NCBI GenBank assembly: GCA_965243025.1
Contig: CBDETY010000003.1
Coordinates: 1,120,001-1,184,000 of the forward strand
Reading direction: 5' to 3'
Source of the DNA: Candidatus Latescibacterota bacterium
GTDB lineage: Bacteria > Latescibacterota > UBA2968 > UBA8231
Length of the DNA: 64,000 bases
Position 1 is the first letter of the stretch. Each line of letters starts with the position of its first letter. The notes below the pieces were generated by a model, which made no database searches, had not been told where the DNA came from, and saw only the letters and a program-made list of their open reading frames with translations. The position numbers were made by a program, and so were the translations under genes. Positions 29,257-38,294 of this stretch are shown here, one piece after another.

Positions 29257-29341
29257 ATGCGGGCTCGGCCACCGCTGCAGCAAGGCCCCGTCAGAAACCC
29301 AGGCGCGCCCGCGTCGGAAAATGCAGGAGAGGGAAGAACAG

Positions 29342-30208
29342 ATGACCAACGGATCGAAGCCCCTGCTGTTCGAGCAGAGCAAGGTGGCGTACGTCGACGT
29401 CGACGCCGTCGACCTGCCGCGCACCAACACCGGCGGAGAGCCGGTCGTCGACCTGACCCCTGAGCAGAGGTACCTGTTCGACACCCGGGGCTGGCTGCTG
29501 GTGCCCGGCCTGCTGGGCCGGGAGGATGTCGAGGAGATGCGGGAGTTCTGCTACCGGCTTCACCGCGAGCCGGAATCGCTGCCGGAGCATCAGCGCTGCG
29601 CGGTGGCCGGCCCCCTCGAGCGCCTGACCGACCACCCGTTCATCGTCGGGTTCATGAACGAGTTCCTCGCCCATCCCGACCTGTCGAGCCAGGACTGCTA
29701 CGGCTTCCGCATGGAGTCGACCTCCCTGTGCGTGCGCCGCCGGGGCGAGGGCGCGCCCATGCCGCACAACGGCAACGGCCTCTGGCGCATGCCGGGGGAT
29801 TCCCACAACTACCACTGCGTACCGGGCAAGGCGAACAGCGGCCTGACCTGCGTCGTCTGGGAACTGAACGAGGTCGAGAAGGGGGGCGGCGGCACCCTGC
29901 TGCTGTCCGGCAGCCACAAGGCGGCCTTCCTCGCTCCCGAAAGCCTGCGGGATCCGGACTGCCCCATGTGGACGACCTATTCCTGCCCCGCCGGATCGCT
30001 GCTGATCTTCGCCGAGAGCACGACCCACTCGACCTCACCCTGGCGCAGCGCCGAACGGGACCGCGTCGCCGTCTTCAGCCGCTACAACCACGTCAACAGC
30101 AAGTGGCACAAGTGGCAGCCCCATCCGCAGTACCTCGAGAACCTGCCTTCCAAGCGCCGCACCCTGTTCCGGCCGATCCACGTCGAGGCCAACCTGGTGG
30201 AACCCTGA
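29342..30208 (+). CDS. PhyH-like dioxygenase, atypical H-N-G motif
   Basis: FDTRGW, PHNGNG, GGTLLLSGSHK, FAESTTHS...R; paralog of 25306-26118. Confidence 0.85.
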   Translation: MTNGSKPLLFEQSKVAYVDVDAVDLPRTNTGGEPVVDLTPEQRYLFDTRGWLLVPGLLGREDVEEMREFCYRLHREPESLPEHQRCAVAGPLERLTDHPFIVGFMNEFLAHPDLSSQDCYGFRMESTSLCVRRRGEGAPMPHNGNGLWRMPGDSHNYHCVPGKANSGLTCVVWELNEVEKGGGGTLLLSGSHKAAFLAPESLRDPDCPMWTTYSCPAGSLLIFAESTTHSTSPWRSAERDRVAVFSRYNHVNSKWHKWQPHPQYLENLPSKRRTLFRPIHVEANLVEP

Positions 30209-30502
30209 TGGCGGAGAGCGGGCCGGTGCAAGGCCCCGGAAGTCAACTCTTCGCCGCGGATTTCCCGAGCCCGCGCCCGGGCCGGGAGAGAGTCCGAACT
30301 GCGGGAGACCGCTGGCGCCCCCGGCCCGGTCCAGGCGGCGGCGACCGCAGACCGGCTTGGCGAACCTTCGGGAAAGCCTGAAGCCCCAAGGCCCGCACCG
30401 ATGCCCCTCGCGGCGGCCGTGGATCCACGCGGCGGGAAAATCCGGCAAGCCCGCAGCGGTAAACGGAAACAACCTCTCCCGGATTTGTGTGCAAACGCGG
30501 CA

Positions 30503-30531
30503 GTGACAGGGGTTCCTGTCCGGCATACTAT
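30503..30531 (+). promoter_or_regulatory. Putative sigma70 promoter
   Basis: GTGACA-N17-TACTAT about 50 bp upstream of ATG 30581. Confidence 0.45.
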
Positions 30532-30580
30532 TGTGCGCCGGAAGACCGCCTTCGATCGGCGGCCGCGCGGAGACCGATCC

Positions 30581-31384
30581 ATGGAACTGACCAAAGATCA
30601 GGTGCAGCAGTTCGAAGCCTTCGGGTTTCTGCGGCTGAAACAGCATTTCACCGGCCCCGAGACTGCCGAAATCGCCGCGGCGGCCAACGAGGTCTGGGCC
30701 GTCGAGCTCGGCCGCCCGCCCGGGGAAACCGACTGCATGTCGCTCCCGCGGATCGTCGAGCGCCACCCGCGCCTGACCGAGCTGCTCGTGCTCGACGACC
30801 GCCTGTACCGGCCGTTGCGGCAGCTGCTCGGCGGCGACATGATCTGGTCGGGGTCGGAGGGGAACCGGGGATTCGAGGAAGGCAGGACCTCCCACCACTG
30901 GCACGCCGACCGCCCCGGAAGGCGCGAGCTGGGGTACCTGCGCATCAAGGTGATGATCTACCTCGACCCGATGCGCCGGGAGCAGGGGGCCTTCCGCGTG
31001 ATACCCGGCTCCCACCTTCCCGGTTTCCACGAGCTGCTGCAGCCGATGCAGGAAGCCCACGTCGAGGGTTCCCCCGTTTTCTTCGGGATCGACGGGGCCG
31101 ACGTCCTCTGCCACGCAGTCGAGACCGACCCGGGGGACGCGGTCCTGTTCTCGCAGAACCTGTTCCACGCCGTGTACGGCAAGACCGGGGCGCGGCGCTA
31201 CATCGCCCTCAAGTACGCCTCCCGCCCAAGGGGCGACGCCGACCTCGCCTCGCTGAACGAGTGGTCGCCGTACGCCTTCGAACCGCACGAGGCGTACGCC
31301 GGCAGCGGCGATCGGCGCCTGCGGGAAATGGTGCGCGGCCTCGCCGAACTCGGTTCCCGGGCGGCGGCCCTTCCATACCCATAG
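30581..31384 (+). CDS. PhyH-family Fe(II)/2OG dioxygenase (H-x-D)
   Basis: WHAD, GAFRVIPGSH, FSQNLFHA...RR. Confidence 0.9.
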   Translation: MELTKDQVQQFEAFGFLRLKQHFTGPETAEIAAAANEVWAVELGRPPGETDCMSLPRIVERHPRLTELLVLDDRLYRPLRQLLGGDMIWSGSEGNRGFEEGRTSHHWHADRPGRRELGYLRIKVMIYLDPMRREQGAFRVIPGSHLPGFHELLQPMQEAHVEGSPVFFGIDGADVLCHAVETDPGDAVLFSQNLFHAVYGKTGARRYIALKYASRPRGDADLASLNEWSPYAFEPHEAYAGSGDRRLREMVRGLAELGSRAAALPYP

Positions 31385-31392
31385 GAGCGCCG

Positions 31393-32223
31393 ATGAACGC
31401 TGCGGAGCTGTACGAATTCGACCGGCAGGGGTACCTCGTCATCGAGGGCATGCTGTCCCCCGGTGAAGCCGCCTCCCTGGCGGCGGCGGTCGACCGCCTC
31501 GAGGAGCACGCCGTCGCCCACGTCGACAGGCCGCCGCGCAAGAAGAGCCCGTGGGGGGCGGAGTACCACCGCAACCCCGAGATGGGGTACCACGTGCAGG
31601 GTTCCAACGCCGAGGGCAGGACGATCATCATCGAGGATTACTGGAACGCCGACCCGGCCTTCGACCTGCTGCTCGGCCACGAGCCGACCATGAAGTACGT
31701 GCACGCCGCGGTCCAGGGGCGGCCGACGATCAACAACTCGGAGATCCGCATCCGCTACACCGGCAACCAGAGCCGCAACCACGGCAGCGGCGCGCGCGAG
31801 GCGAACGGCAAGTACCGCTACCACTTCAACAGCCACGGCATCGACTGCATGATGGTGCGCATGGTCTACTTCGTCCACGACGTAAGCAACGAGCAGGGGG
31901 CCTTCTGCGTCGTGCCCGGCACCCACAAGGCGAACTTCCCGTGTCCGTACGACCCCGACCCCGACGTCGAGCCGGGCGTCGTCGGCCTCGAGGTCAAGGC
32001 CGGTGACGCGATCTTCTTCACCGAGAGCCTGAGGCACGGGGGGCTGACCAATCGCACCCCCCAGGTGCGCAAGACCCTGCACGTCGGGTACGGCCCGCAC
32101 TTCATGATGTCGCAGAACATCGCCACCATGGACGAACTGCCGTACATCACCGAGGGCACGAGGGCCCGCCTCAGCGAGGACCAGTACAACCTCTTCCGGC
32201 CGTACCCGGAAAACGGCCGCTAA
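31393..32223 (+). CDS. PhyH-like dioxygenase, atypical H-G-S motif
   Basis: FDRQGY, NHGSG, GAFCVVPGTHK, FTESLRHGG...R. Confidence 0.85.
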   Translation: MNAAELYEFDRQGYLVIEGMLSPGEAASLAAAVDRLEEHAVAHVDRPPRKKSPWGAEYHRNPEMGYHVQGSNAEGRTIIIEDYWNADPAFDLLLGHEPTMKYVHAAVQGRPTINNSEIRIRYTGNQSRNHGSGAREANGKYRYHFNSHGIDCMMVRMVYFVHDVSNEQGAFCVVPGTHKANFPCPYDPDPDVEPGVVGLEVKAGDAIFFTESLRHGGLTNRTPQVRKTLHVGYGPHFMMSQNIATMDELPYITEGTRARLSEDQYNLFRPYPENGR

Positions 32224-32239
32224 CCAGGGAGAAACAAGA

Positions 32240-32974
32240 ATGAACGGCAATGGAGTCCCGCCCAAAGAGGCGGGGGAAACGAGGGTGGTCTACCTCGGCG
32301 GCGACCAGCTGCACAACGGCACGGGCCAGCGCCAGTCGGTTCAACAGGTGTTCGACGAAACCGGGTGGCGGCTGCTGTTCACCCAGGACGCCCGCAACGT
32401 CACGCCCGGGGTCCTCGCCGAAACCGATCTGCTGATGATCACGCGCTGGGGCGGCCCCATCGAGGGGTGGTGCCCCGACCCCTTCCACGAGGGGAAGATG
32501 GAAAACGACGGGTACATGAGCGCCGAGCTCGAGGAGGCGATCGTCGCCAACGTCGTCGAACGCGGCATGGGGTTCATGGCCCTCCACTGCACCTGCTGGT
32601 CGCCGGACCAGGTCAAGTTCAGCGAGATGATGGGGATCGAGGGGATCATGCACGGGCCGGTGCAGGACGTCTCGATGTACAACTTCAACCCCGATCACCC
32701 GGTCAGTGCCGGGATCGAGGATTTCGTCATGCCTGAGGACGAGAACTTCGGGGTCATCCTCAAGCACCCGGACGCGGTCCCGCTCTACGAGACCCTCGGC
32801 GCCAGGGACAAGAGGCACGACATCGCCGGCTGGGCCCTCGAGAACGGCAAGGGCCGCATAGTCGGACTCGTCGCCGGGCACACCTACACCGCCTGGCGCA
32901 ACCCCACCTACCGCAAGCTCTACTGGCGCGGCGCCCACTGGGCGCTGGGACGGGAGATCCCGGATTCCGGATGA
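32240..32974 (+). CDS. ThuA-like domain protein
   Basis: GMGFMALHC, HPV..GI.DF...DENF, GKGRIVGLVAGH. Confidence 0.8.
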   Translation: MNGNGVPPKEAGETRVVYLGGDQLHNGTGQRQSVQQVFDETGWRLLFTQDARNVTPGVLAETDLLMITRWGGPIEGWCPDPFHEGKMENDGYMSAELEEAIVANVVERGMGFMALHCTCWSPDQVKFSEMMGIEGIMHGPVQDVSMYNFNPDHPVSAGIEDFVMPEDENFGVILKHPDAVPLYETLGARDKRHDIAGWALENGKGRIVGLVAGHTYTAWRNPTYRKLYWRGAHWALGREIPDSG

Positions 32975-33023
32975 AGCGCCGCACCGGAACGGCGGGTCTT
33001 TCTCAACGGGGCAGGCGGCGCAG

Positions 33024-34628
33024 GTGAGGGGCGGCGTGCCGGTCCTGTCCGCGGCGGACCACGAGAACTTCCTCGAGCACGGGTACGCAGTCGTGCCCGG
33101 CGCCGTCTCTCCCGAAACGATCGCCGCGGTGCTGCCGGTCCTGGAGAAGGACAACGGCAGGAGCCGCGACCTCCCCGAGATCCGCGCCTGCGCCAGCGAA
33201 CGCCTGATCGCCGCGGTTGCCGAGCTGTTCGGCCCCGGAAACGAACCGGTGCGCATGACCAGCGGGCGGGACATGGTCCGGCCGTACGAGCCGGAGGCGG
33301 AATGGAGCGGGGCGACCGCTCATGTCGACGACGCTTACCCCACCCTGATGCCGAACGGCTGGGCCATCGGCTGCTTCCTCTTCCTGACCCGCGTCAGATC
33401 CGGCGGAGGCGCCTTCATCTTCTTTCCCGGCTCACCCTGGCGCAACCGCGGATTGATGGAAGAGAACTGGCAGGCGGCAAAGGATGCGGTGGCCCTGCCG
33501 GAAAACTCCGGGGCCCCGCGCGAGTTTCTCGCCAGGCCCGGGGACGCCCTCCTGTTCCACCACCTGATGGGGCACTGCGGCTCTCCCAACGTCTCGGACC
33601 CGGAGGTCACCCGCCACGCGATCCTGACGCGGTGGCGCCCGCGGCGGCGCATCGTCCCCGGGATGAAGCCGTTCGCCCGCATGACGACCATCGAGAAGGC
33701 GAACTCCGCCCGCTGCTCCGCCCGCCGCCGCCAATGCCCCGAGCCGTCGCCGACCGTTGCGGACCCCGGGACCTGCGCCCTCCTCGCCGAGGGTCTGCAG
33801 GGGTTGGGCCGGGTGGCCGGCTGCGCCCTGCTTCATCACGGGGACGGGGTTCACCTGTTCTGCGCCGAAGAGCAGGAGGCCGGGCTGAGCCATCTCTTCA
33901 GCCGGGACCTGGTGCGCTGGGAGCGCCGGCCGCTGGAAGGAGTCGCCGCGGCCGGGGTGCGCTCCCTGCAGGTGCACCAGTACGGCCTCGAGGTCATCCT
34001 CGCCGTCGCTTCAGGCGCGGGGCGGGTCGCCCTGCACTCGTCGCGGGACTGCACTGCCTGGAAGGAGGTCGCCGTCGTCGAGGACTGCGAAACCGCGACG
34101 CCCTGGTTCACGTACTTCAAGTACGCGAGCAAGGTGGCGAAGGACCACACCCTGTTCACCGTGCCGGCGGGCAGGCCGGAAGAGATATTCTGCACCTGGG
34201 GGGAGCGCTGGGAGGAGGCCGCGGCCTGGGAGACTCGGTCCCTGGCCGCCCGAGCTCCTGAAGGGCGGCGGATCGCCGACGTCACGGTGGCGGCCCAGTA
34301 CTCGGAGACCGAGTGCGCCTTCGTCGCCGACCTCCGGGATCCCGGGGCGGAGGGGACCCTTCCGCACTATGCCCTGACCCGGGACACGGCCGCCGAGGGG
34401 GTAACCCTGCGGCCGCTGGCGTTTTCCGGAGCCGCGCCCCCGCGCACCGTGCGCGTGCTGAACAGGGCGCAGAGCTACTGGCTGGTGAGCTTCCTGGCGC
34501 GCGCCCCCGGCGGGGAGGACCGCCTGTTCTGGGGGGCGATCGACTGGTCGCCTCCTGACCCGGCGCTGGTCGGGCTGGACAGTCCCGAGGCCCTCGACGA
34601 GGCGCGCGCCATCGTGGGGATGCTGTAG
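33024..34628 (+). CDS. PhyH-like dioxygenase fused to a C-terminal beta-rich (propeller-like) domain
   Basis: N-terminal HVD...PGDALLFHHLMGH; C-terminal about 290 aa with SRDLVRW and SRDCTAW motifs. Confidence 0.75.
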   Translation: MRGGVPVLSAADHENFLEHGYAVVPGAVSPETIAAVLPVLEKDNGRSRDLPEIRACASERLIAAVAELFGPGNEPVRMTSGRDMVRPYEPEAEWSGATAHVDDAYPTLMPNGWAIGCFLFLTRVRSGGGAFIFFPGSPWRNRGLMEENWQAAKDAVALPENSGAPREFLARPGDALLFHHLMGHCGSPNVSDPEVTRHAILTRWRPRRRIVPGMKPFARMTTIEKANSARCSARRRQCPEPSPTVADPGTCALLAEGLQGLGRVAGCALLHHGDGVHLFCAEEQEAGLSHLFSRDLVRWERRPLEGVAAAGVRSLQVHQYGLEVILAVASGAGRVALHSSRDCTAWKEVAVVEDCETATPWFTYFKYASKVAKDHTLFTVPAGRPEEIFCTWGERWEEAAAWETRSLAARAPEGRRIADVTVAAQYSETECAFVADLRDPGAEGTLPHYALTRDTAAEGVTLRPLAFSGAAPPRTVRVLNRAQSYWLVSFLARAPGGEDRLFWGAIDWSPPDPALVGLDSPEALDEARAIVGML

Positions 34629-34770
34629 TGCCTGCGCGCGAAATCCCCCCTGATTCCTGTCGACGCGTTGACTTCGCTGGCCGTAGGCCCCCGGCAGGAC
34701 CCGCTCGGGAGCCTTGCGAGCCGGGCGCACCGCCGCCCTCGTTCGTGCGCTTGCCTGCGCGTGCAGGCAC
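34628..34770. mobile_element. MITE-like element (143 bp) with terminal inverted repeats
   Basis: GTGCCTGCGCGCG matches the reverse complement of the right end, GTGCCTGCACGCG (12/13); starts within the upstream TAG; homologous copies at 22.5 and 26.1 kb. Confidence 0.65.
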
Positions 34771-34818
34771 GAAGATGGCGGAAACGGAGTCCCATCAGAA
34801 CCGACCGGGTACGGGCTG

Positions 34819-35646
34819 ATGGCGGTAATCCTGGTCACCGGCGCCAGCGGATTCATCGGACGCGGCCTGTCCGCGGAACTCGCCGGCCGCCACGACGTCA
34901 TTGCCATGAGCCGCAACGATCCGGGGCTCGACCTGCCCTGGGTGAAGGGGGAGTTCTTCGCCTGGGAGGACCTGCGCCGGCTCGACGGCCGCGGCATAGA
35001 CGTTGCCGTGCACCTGGCCGCGGTGCTGGCGAACGTTCACGAGCGCGAGCAGATGCGGGTCAACGTCGAGGGCACCCGCTGCCTGATGCGCTACCTGATC
35101 GATAACGGCTGCAGGAAGTTCGTCACCGCCAGCTCGATCGCCGCCGTCGGAATCCAGGACACCCGGTTCCGCCCCCTGCGGCTGCCGGTGCCTGACGACC
35201 ATCCCTGCCTCGACCGCTCGGGATACGGGTTCTCCAAGTTCATGATGGAGGAGGTGACCCGGTACTGCCAGCGCCGGAACGAGGAGGTCGACGTCATCAA
35301 CCTGCGGCTCTCCTCCGTGGCCCCCGACGACGGGATGCCGGAGAAGCGCACCGTCTCCCCCTTGCGGACCTGGACCCTGGGGTCGATCACCTTCATGGCC
35401 CTGTCCGACGCCGTCCGCGCCTTCGCGCTCGCCGCGGAGGCCCCTCACCGGGCAGGTGTGCGAACCCTGAACGCCGCCTCTCCCCGGGCCTGGGTGGCCG
35501 ACCCGGTGGCCGACATCCTGCGCGGATGGTGGGGAGACGAGGTCGACGTCAGCTGGTACGAGCAGCCGGGGCGGGAGTTCGACTCGGCGTACGACGTGAC
35601 GGGCATACGGAAGGAGCTCGGATTCGCGGCCGGGATCACGGAGTGA
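34819..35646 (+). CDS. NAD-dependent epimerase/dehydratase
   Basis: VTGASGFIG, HLAA, YGFSK. Confidence 0.9.
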   Translation: MAVILVTGASGFIGRGLSAELAGRHDVIAMSRNDPGLDLPWVKGEFFAWEDLRRLDGRGIDVAVHLAAVLANVHEREQMRVNVEGTRCLMRYLIDNGCRKFVTASSIAAVGIQDTRFRPLRLPVPDDHPCLDRSGYGFSKFMMEEVTRYCQRRNEEVDVINLRLSSVAPDDGMPEKRTVSPLRTWTLGSITFMALSDAVRAFALAAEAPHRAGVRTLNAASPRAWVADPVADILRGWWGDEVDVSWYEQPGREFDSAYDVTGIRKELGFAAGITE

Positions 35647-35683
35647 TCCCAGGTCCGGGGAATCGACGAATGAAAGGACTGAG

Positions 35684-36415
35684 ATGAAAGGTGTAGTCCT
35701 CGCAGGCGGCCTGGGCACGCGGCTGCAGCCGTTGACGCGCATTACCAACAAGCACCTGCTGCCGGTGTACGACAAGCCGATGATCTACTACCCGATGCAG
35801 ACGCTCGTCGACGCCGGCATCACCGACATCATGCTGGTGACCGGGGGCGACTCCGCGGGGGATTTCCTGCGGCTCATAGGCAACGGCGAGGACTTCGGCC
35901 TGTCGCGCATCAACTACGCGTACCAGAAAGGGGAGGGGGGGATCGCCGAGGCGCTCGGCCTCTGCCGGGAGTTCGCCGGCGACGACAAGCTGATCGTCGT
36001 CCTCGGGGACAACATCCTCGAGAAGGGGATCGCCGCCGGCGTCGAGGCCTTCGCCGCCCAGGAAGCCGGGGCCCGCATCTTCCTCAAGCAGGTCGACCAC
36101 CCCTGGGAGTACGGCATCGCCGAGACCGACGGCGACAGGGTAATCCGCATCATCGAGAAACCGCAGGATCCCCCGACCGACCTCGCCGTCATCGGGGTGT
36201 ACATGTATCCCCCCGACGTCTTCGACATCATCCCCGACCTGGAGCCCTCCGGCCGCGGCGAGCTCGAGATCACCGACGTCAACAACGCCTACATCGAGCG
36301 CGGCCGGATGCAGTTCGAGATGCTCGAGGGCTGGTGGATGGACGCCGGCGAGAACCACGAGTCGCTGCTGCAGGCCAACCTGACGGTCGCCCGCCATGCC
36401 GGCGTCGCGATCTGA
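35684..36415 (+). CDS. Sugar-1-phosphate nucleotidyltransferase (glucose-1-phosphate thymidylyltransferase/SpsI-like)
   Basis: LAGGLGTRLQPLT...KHLLPVYDKPMI, LGDN, RGELEITD. Confidence 0.92.
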   Translation: MKGVVLAGGLGTRLQPLTRITNKHLLPVYDKPMIYYPMQTLVDAGITDIMLVTGGDSAGDFLRLIGNGEDFGLSRINYAYQKGEGGIAEALGLCREFAGDDKLIVVLGDNILEKGIAAGVEAFAAQEAGARIFLKQVDHPWEYGIAETDGDRVIRIIEKPQDPPTDLAVIGVYMYPPDVFDIIPDLEPSGRGELEITDVNNAYIERGRMQFEMLEGWWMDAGENHESLLQANLTVARHAGVAI

Positions 36416-36472
36416 GTTCCCGGCCCTGGAAACGGCGGAGTCGCGGAAACCGAATTCCCGAGGAAGGTCGTC

Positions 36473-37144
36473 GTGAGCCTGCCACGGGTTCCGGAGCCTG
36501 AGCTGATGTCGGCAGATGAACAGGCACGGGCCTACGCCGGCGCCGACTTCGAGGAGCCGCACGGCAACTTCATCCGCCTCCTGAAGGAACGGCTTCCCGG
36601 GCTGCCGGAGCAGGGGACCGCCCTCGACCTCGGCTGCGGTCCGGGCGACATCGGCATCCGTTTCGCCCGCGCTTTTGCCGGCTGGAACCTGCACGGCCTC
36701 GACGGCTCGGCGGCCATGCTGGCGCTCGCCCGCGAAGCGGTCGACGCCGCCCGCCTCGCGCACCGCATCGAACTGATCGAAGCGCGGCTGCAGGACGGGC
36801 GGCTGCCCGCGGCGGCCTACGACCTGGTGTTCTCCAACAGCCTTCTCCACCACCTCGAGGACCCGGCGGTCCTGTGGGAGTCCGTCAAGCGCCACGCGCG
36901 GCCCGGAGGCCAGGTTTTCGCGATGGACCTGATGCGCCCCGAAAGCGAGAGCCGGCTTGTAGAGCTCGCCGCGACCTACCGGGACGAGCCGGAGGTGCTG
37001 CAGCGGGACTTCCGCAATTCCCTGCGCGCGGCGTACCGGTTGGGTGAAGTGCGGCTGCAGCTGGAGGAGGCCGGCATGCCCGGGCTTCAGGTGGGGCCCG
37101 GGTCCGACCGCCATCTCATGGTCTGGGGACGGATTCCCGCCTGA
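36473..37144 (+). CDS. Class I SAM-dependent methyltransferase
   Basis: LDLGCGPGD, SNSLLHH. Confidence 0.9.
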   Translation: MSLPRVPEPELMSADEQARAYAGADFEEPHGNFIRLLKERLPGLPEQGTALDLGCGPGDIGIRFARAFAGWNLHGLDGSAAMLALAREAVDAARLAHRIELIEARLQDGRLPAAAYDLVFSNSLLHHLEDPAVLWESVKRHARPGGQVFAMDLMRPESESRLVELAATYRDEPEVLQRDFRNSLRAAYRLGEVRLQLEEAGMPGLQVGPGSDRHLMVWGRIPA

Positions 37145-37259
37145 CCTCGGCTCCGGCCTTTTTTCATCGGGCGGGTGGGCAGGGACTGCGGGGCGGCGTG
37201 AGAACGCCTGTGATCCAGAGGATGTGAAGGATGGTTCAAGGAAGGAAAGGAAGCCGCAG

Positions 37260-38105
37260 GTGAAACAGGAAGATTTCGATTTCTTCAAGGAGAACGGCTA
37301 CCTCCTGCTCGAGCAGTTCCTCAGCGACGAGGAAGTAGCCCGCTATGTGGATGTGTTCGAACGGGAAAGGCGGGACTACGGCCGTTTCTGGACCAACAAC
37401 GGCATCTGGCAGACCCAGTACTGCCAGTCGCTGCTGACAGCGCCCGAGTTCGATGGGATCATCCGCCACCCCAATGTCATGGAGCCCCTCCGGGGCCTGA
37501 TGGGGGGCGAAGCATGCTTCGGACAGATCTGCCTCAACAACATGGAGCCGTACCAGGGGGAACCGGTTCCCGGGATGACGTCGTGGTACGGACCCGTGGG
37601 GCGCCGCTGGCACCGCGACGGGGGGGCGCGGCTGATGTGGCGGGAACACCCGCTGCGCATCGGCTACATGAGGCTGCAGGTCTACCTGACCGGCGTCGAC
37701 GAAACGACTCACAGCTTCGCCATTTCTCCCGAATCGATCGATCAGGAGCTTCTGAGCAAGGACGATCAGCTGGCGCGGGGCGGGGTTCGCGACCTGCAGG
37801 GCCGGGCGGGTGCGGCGATTCTGTTCAACATATCCTGCCTGCACACGGTCTGCATCCGTCCGACGCAGGCGGAAAGAAAAACCGTGGGTATCTACTACGG
37901 TCACCGGCACCGGGAGTACCACAGCGACCATACCTATGTCCCTCCCTCCCTCTGGCGGGACCACCCGGACGGGGAAGTTCGCGGGTTCTACGGCGTTCTC
38001 AACGGAATGACCCGGACCTACCTCGAGCGCACGGCCGGGCGCGGGGAGGTTGCCGCGAACGAGGCGCTGGAGATTCTGGAGGGCATTCCGCCGGCAAGGC
38101 CATGA
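37260..38105 (+). CDS. PhyH-family Fe(II)/2OG dioxygenase (H-x-D)
   Basis: FKENGY, WHRD, ILFNISCLHT...R. Confidence 0.85.
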   Translation: MKQEDFDFFKENGYLLLEQFLSDEEVARYVDVFERERRDYGRFWTNNGIWQTQYCQSLLTAPEFDGIIRHPNVMEPLRGLMGGEACFGQICLNNMEPYQGEPVPGMTSWYGPVGRRWHRDGGARLMWREHPLRIGYMRLQVYLTGVDETTHSFAISPESIDQELLSKDDQLARGGVRDLQGRAGAAILFNISCLHTVCIRPTQAERKTVGIYYGHRHREYHSDHTYVPPSLWRDHPDGEVRGFYGVLNGMTRTYLERTAGRGEVAANEALEILEGIPPARP

Positions 38106-38294
38106 AACCGCCGGAACGTTGGCGAAGCCGCACCCGAGACACCGGGCAAACATCGCGGCGATGGCCTGGGGACGGCTTTCCGGCCTGGAATGGCAGCTTC
38201 CGGTGCCGGCGCGGGTAATTGAGCGTACGAAACGAGCGAGCCGGGATGCGGCGGCGACCGGATTCGCGCGGAATCGGGCAAGCAGGCAGCAGGC

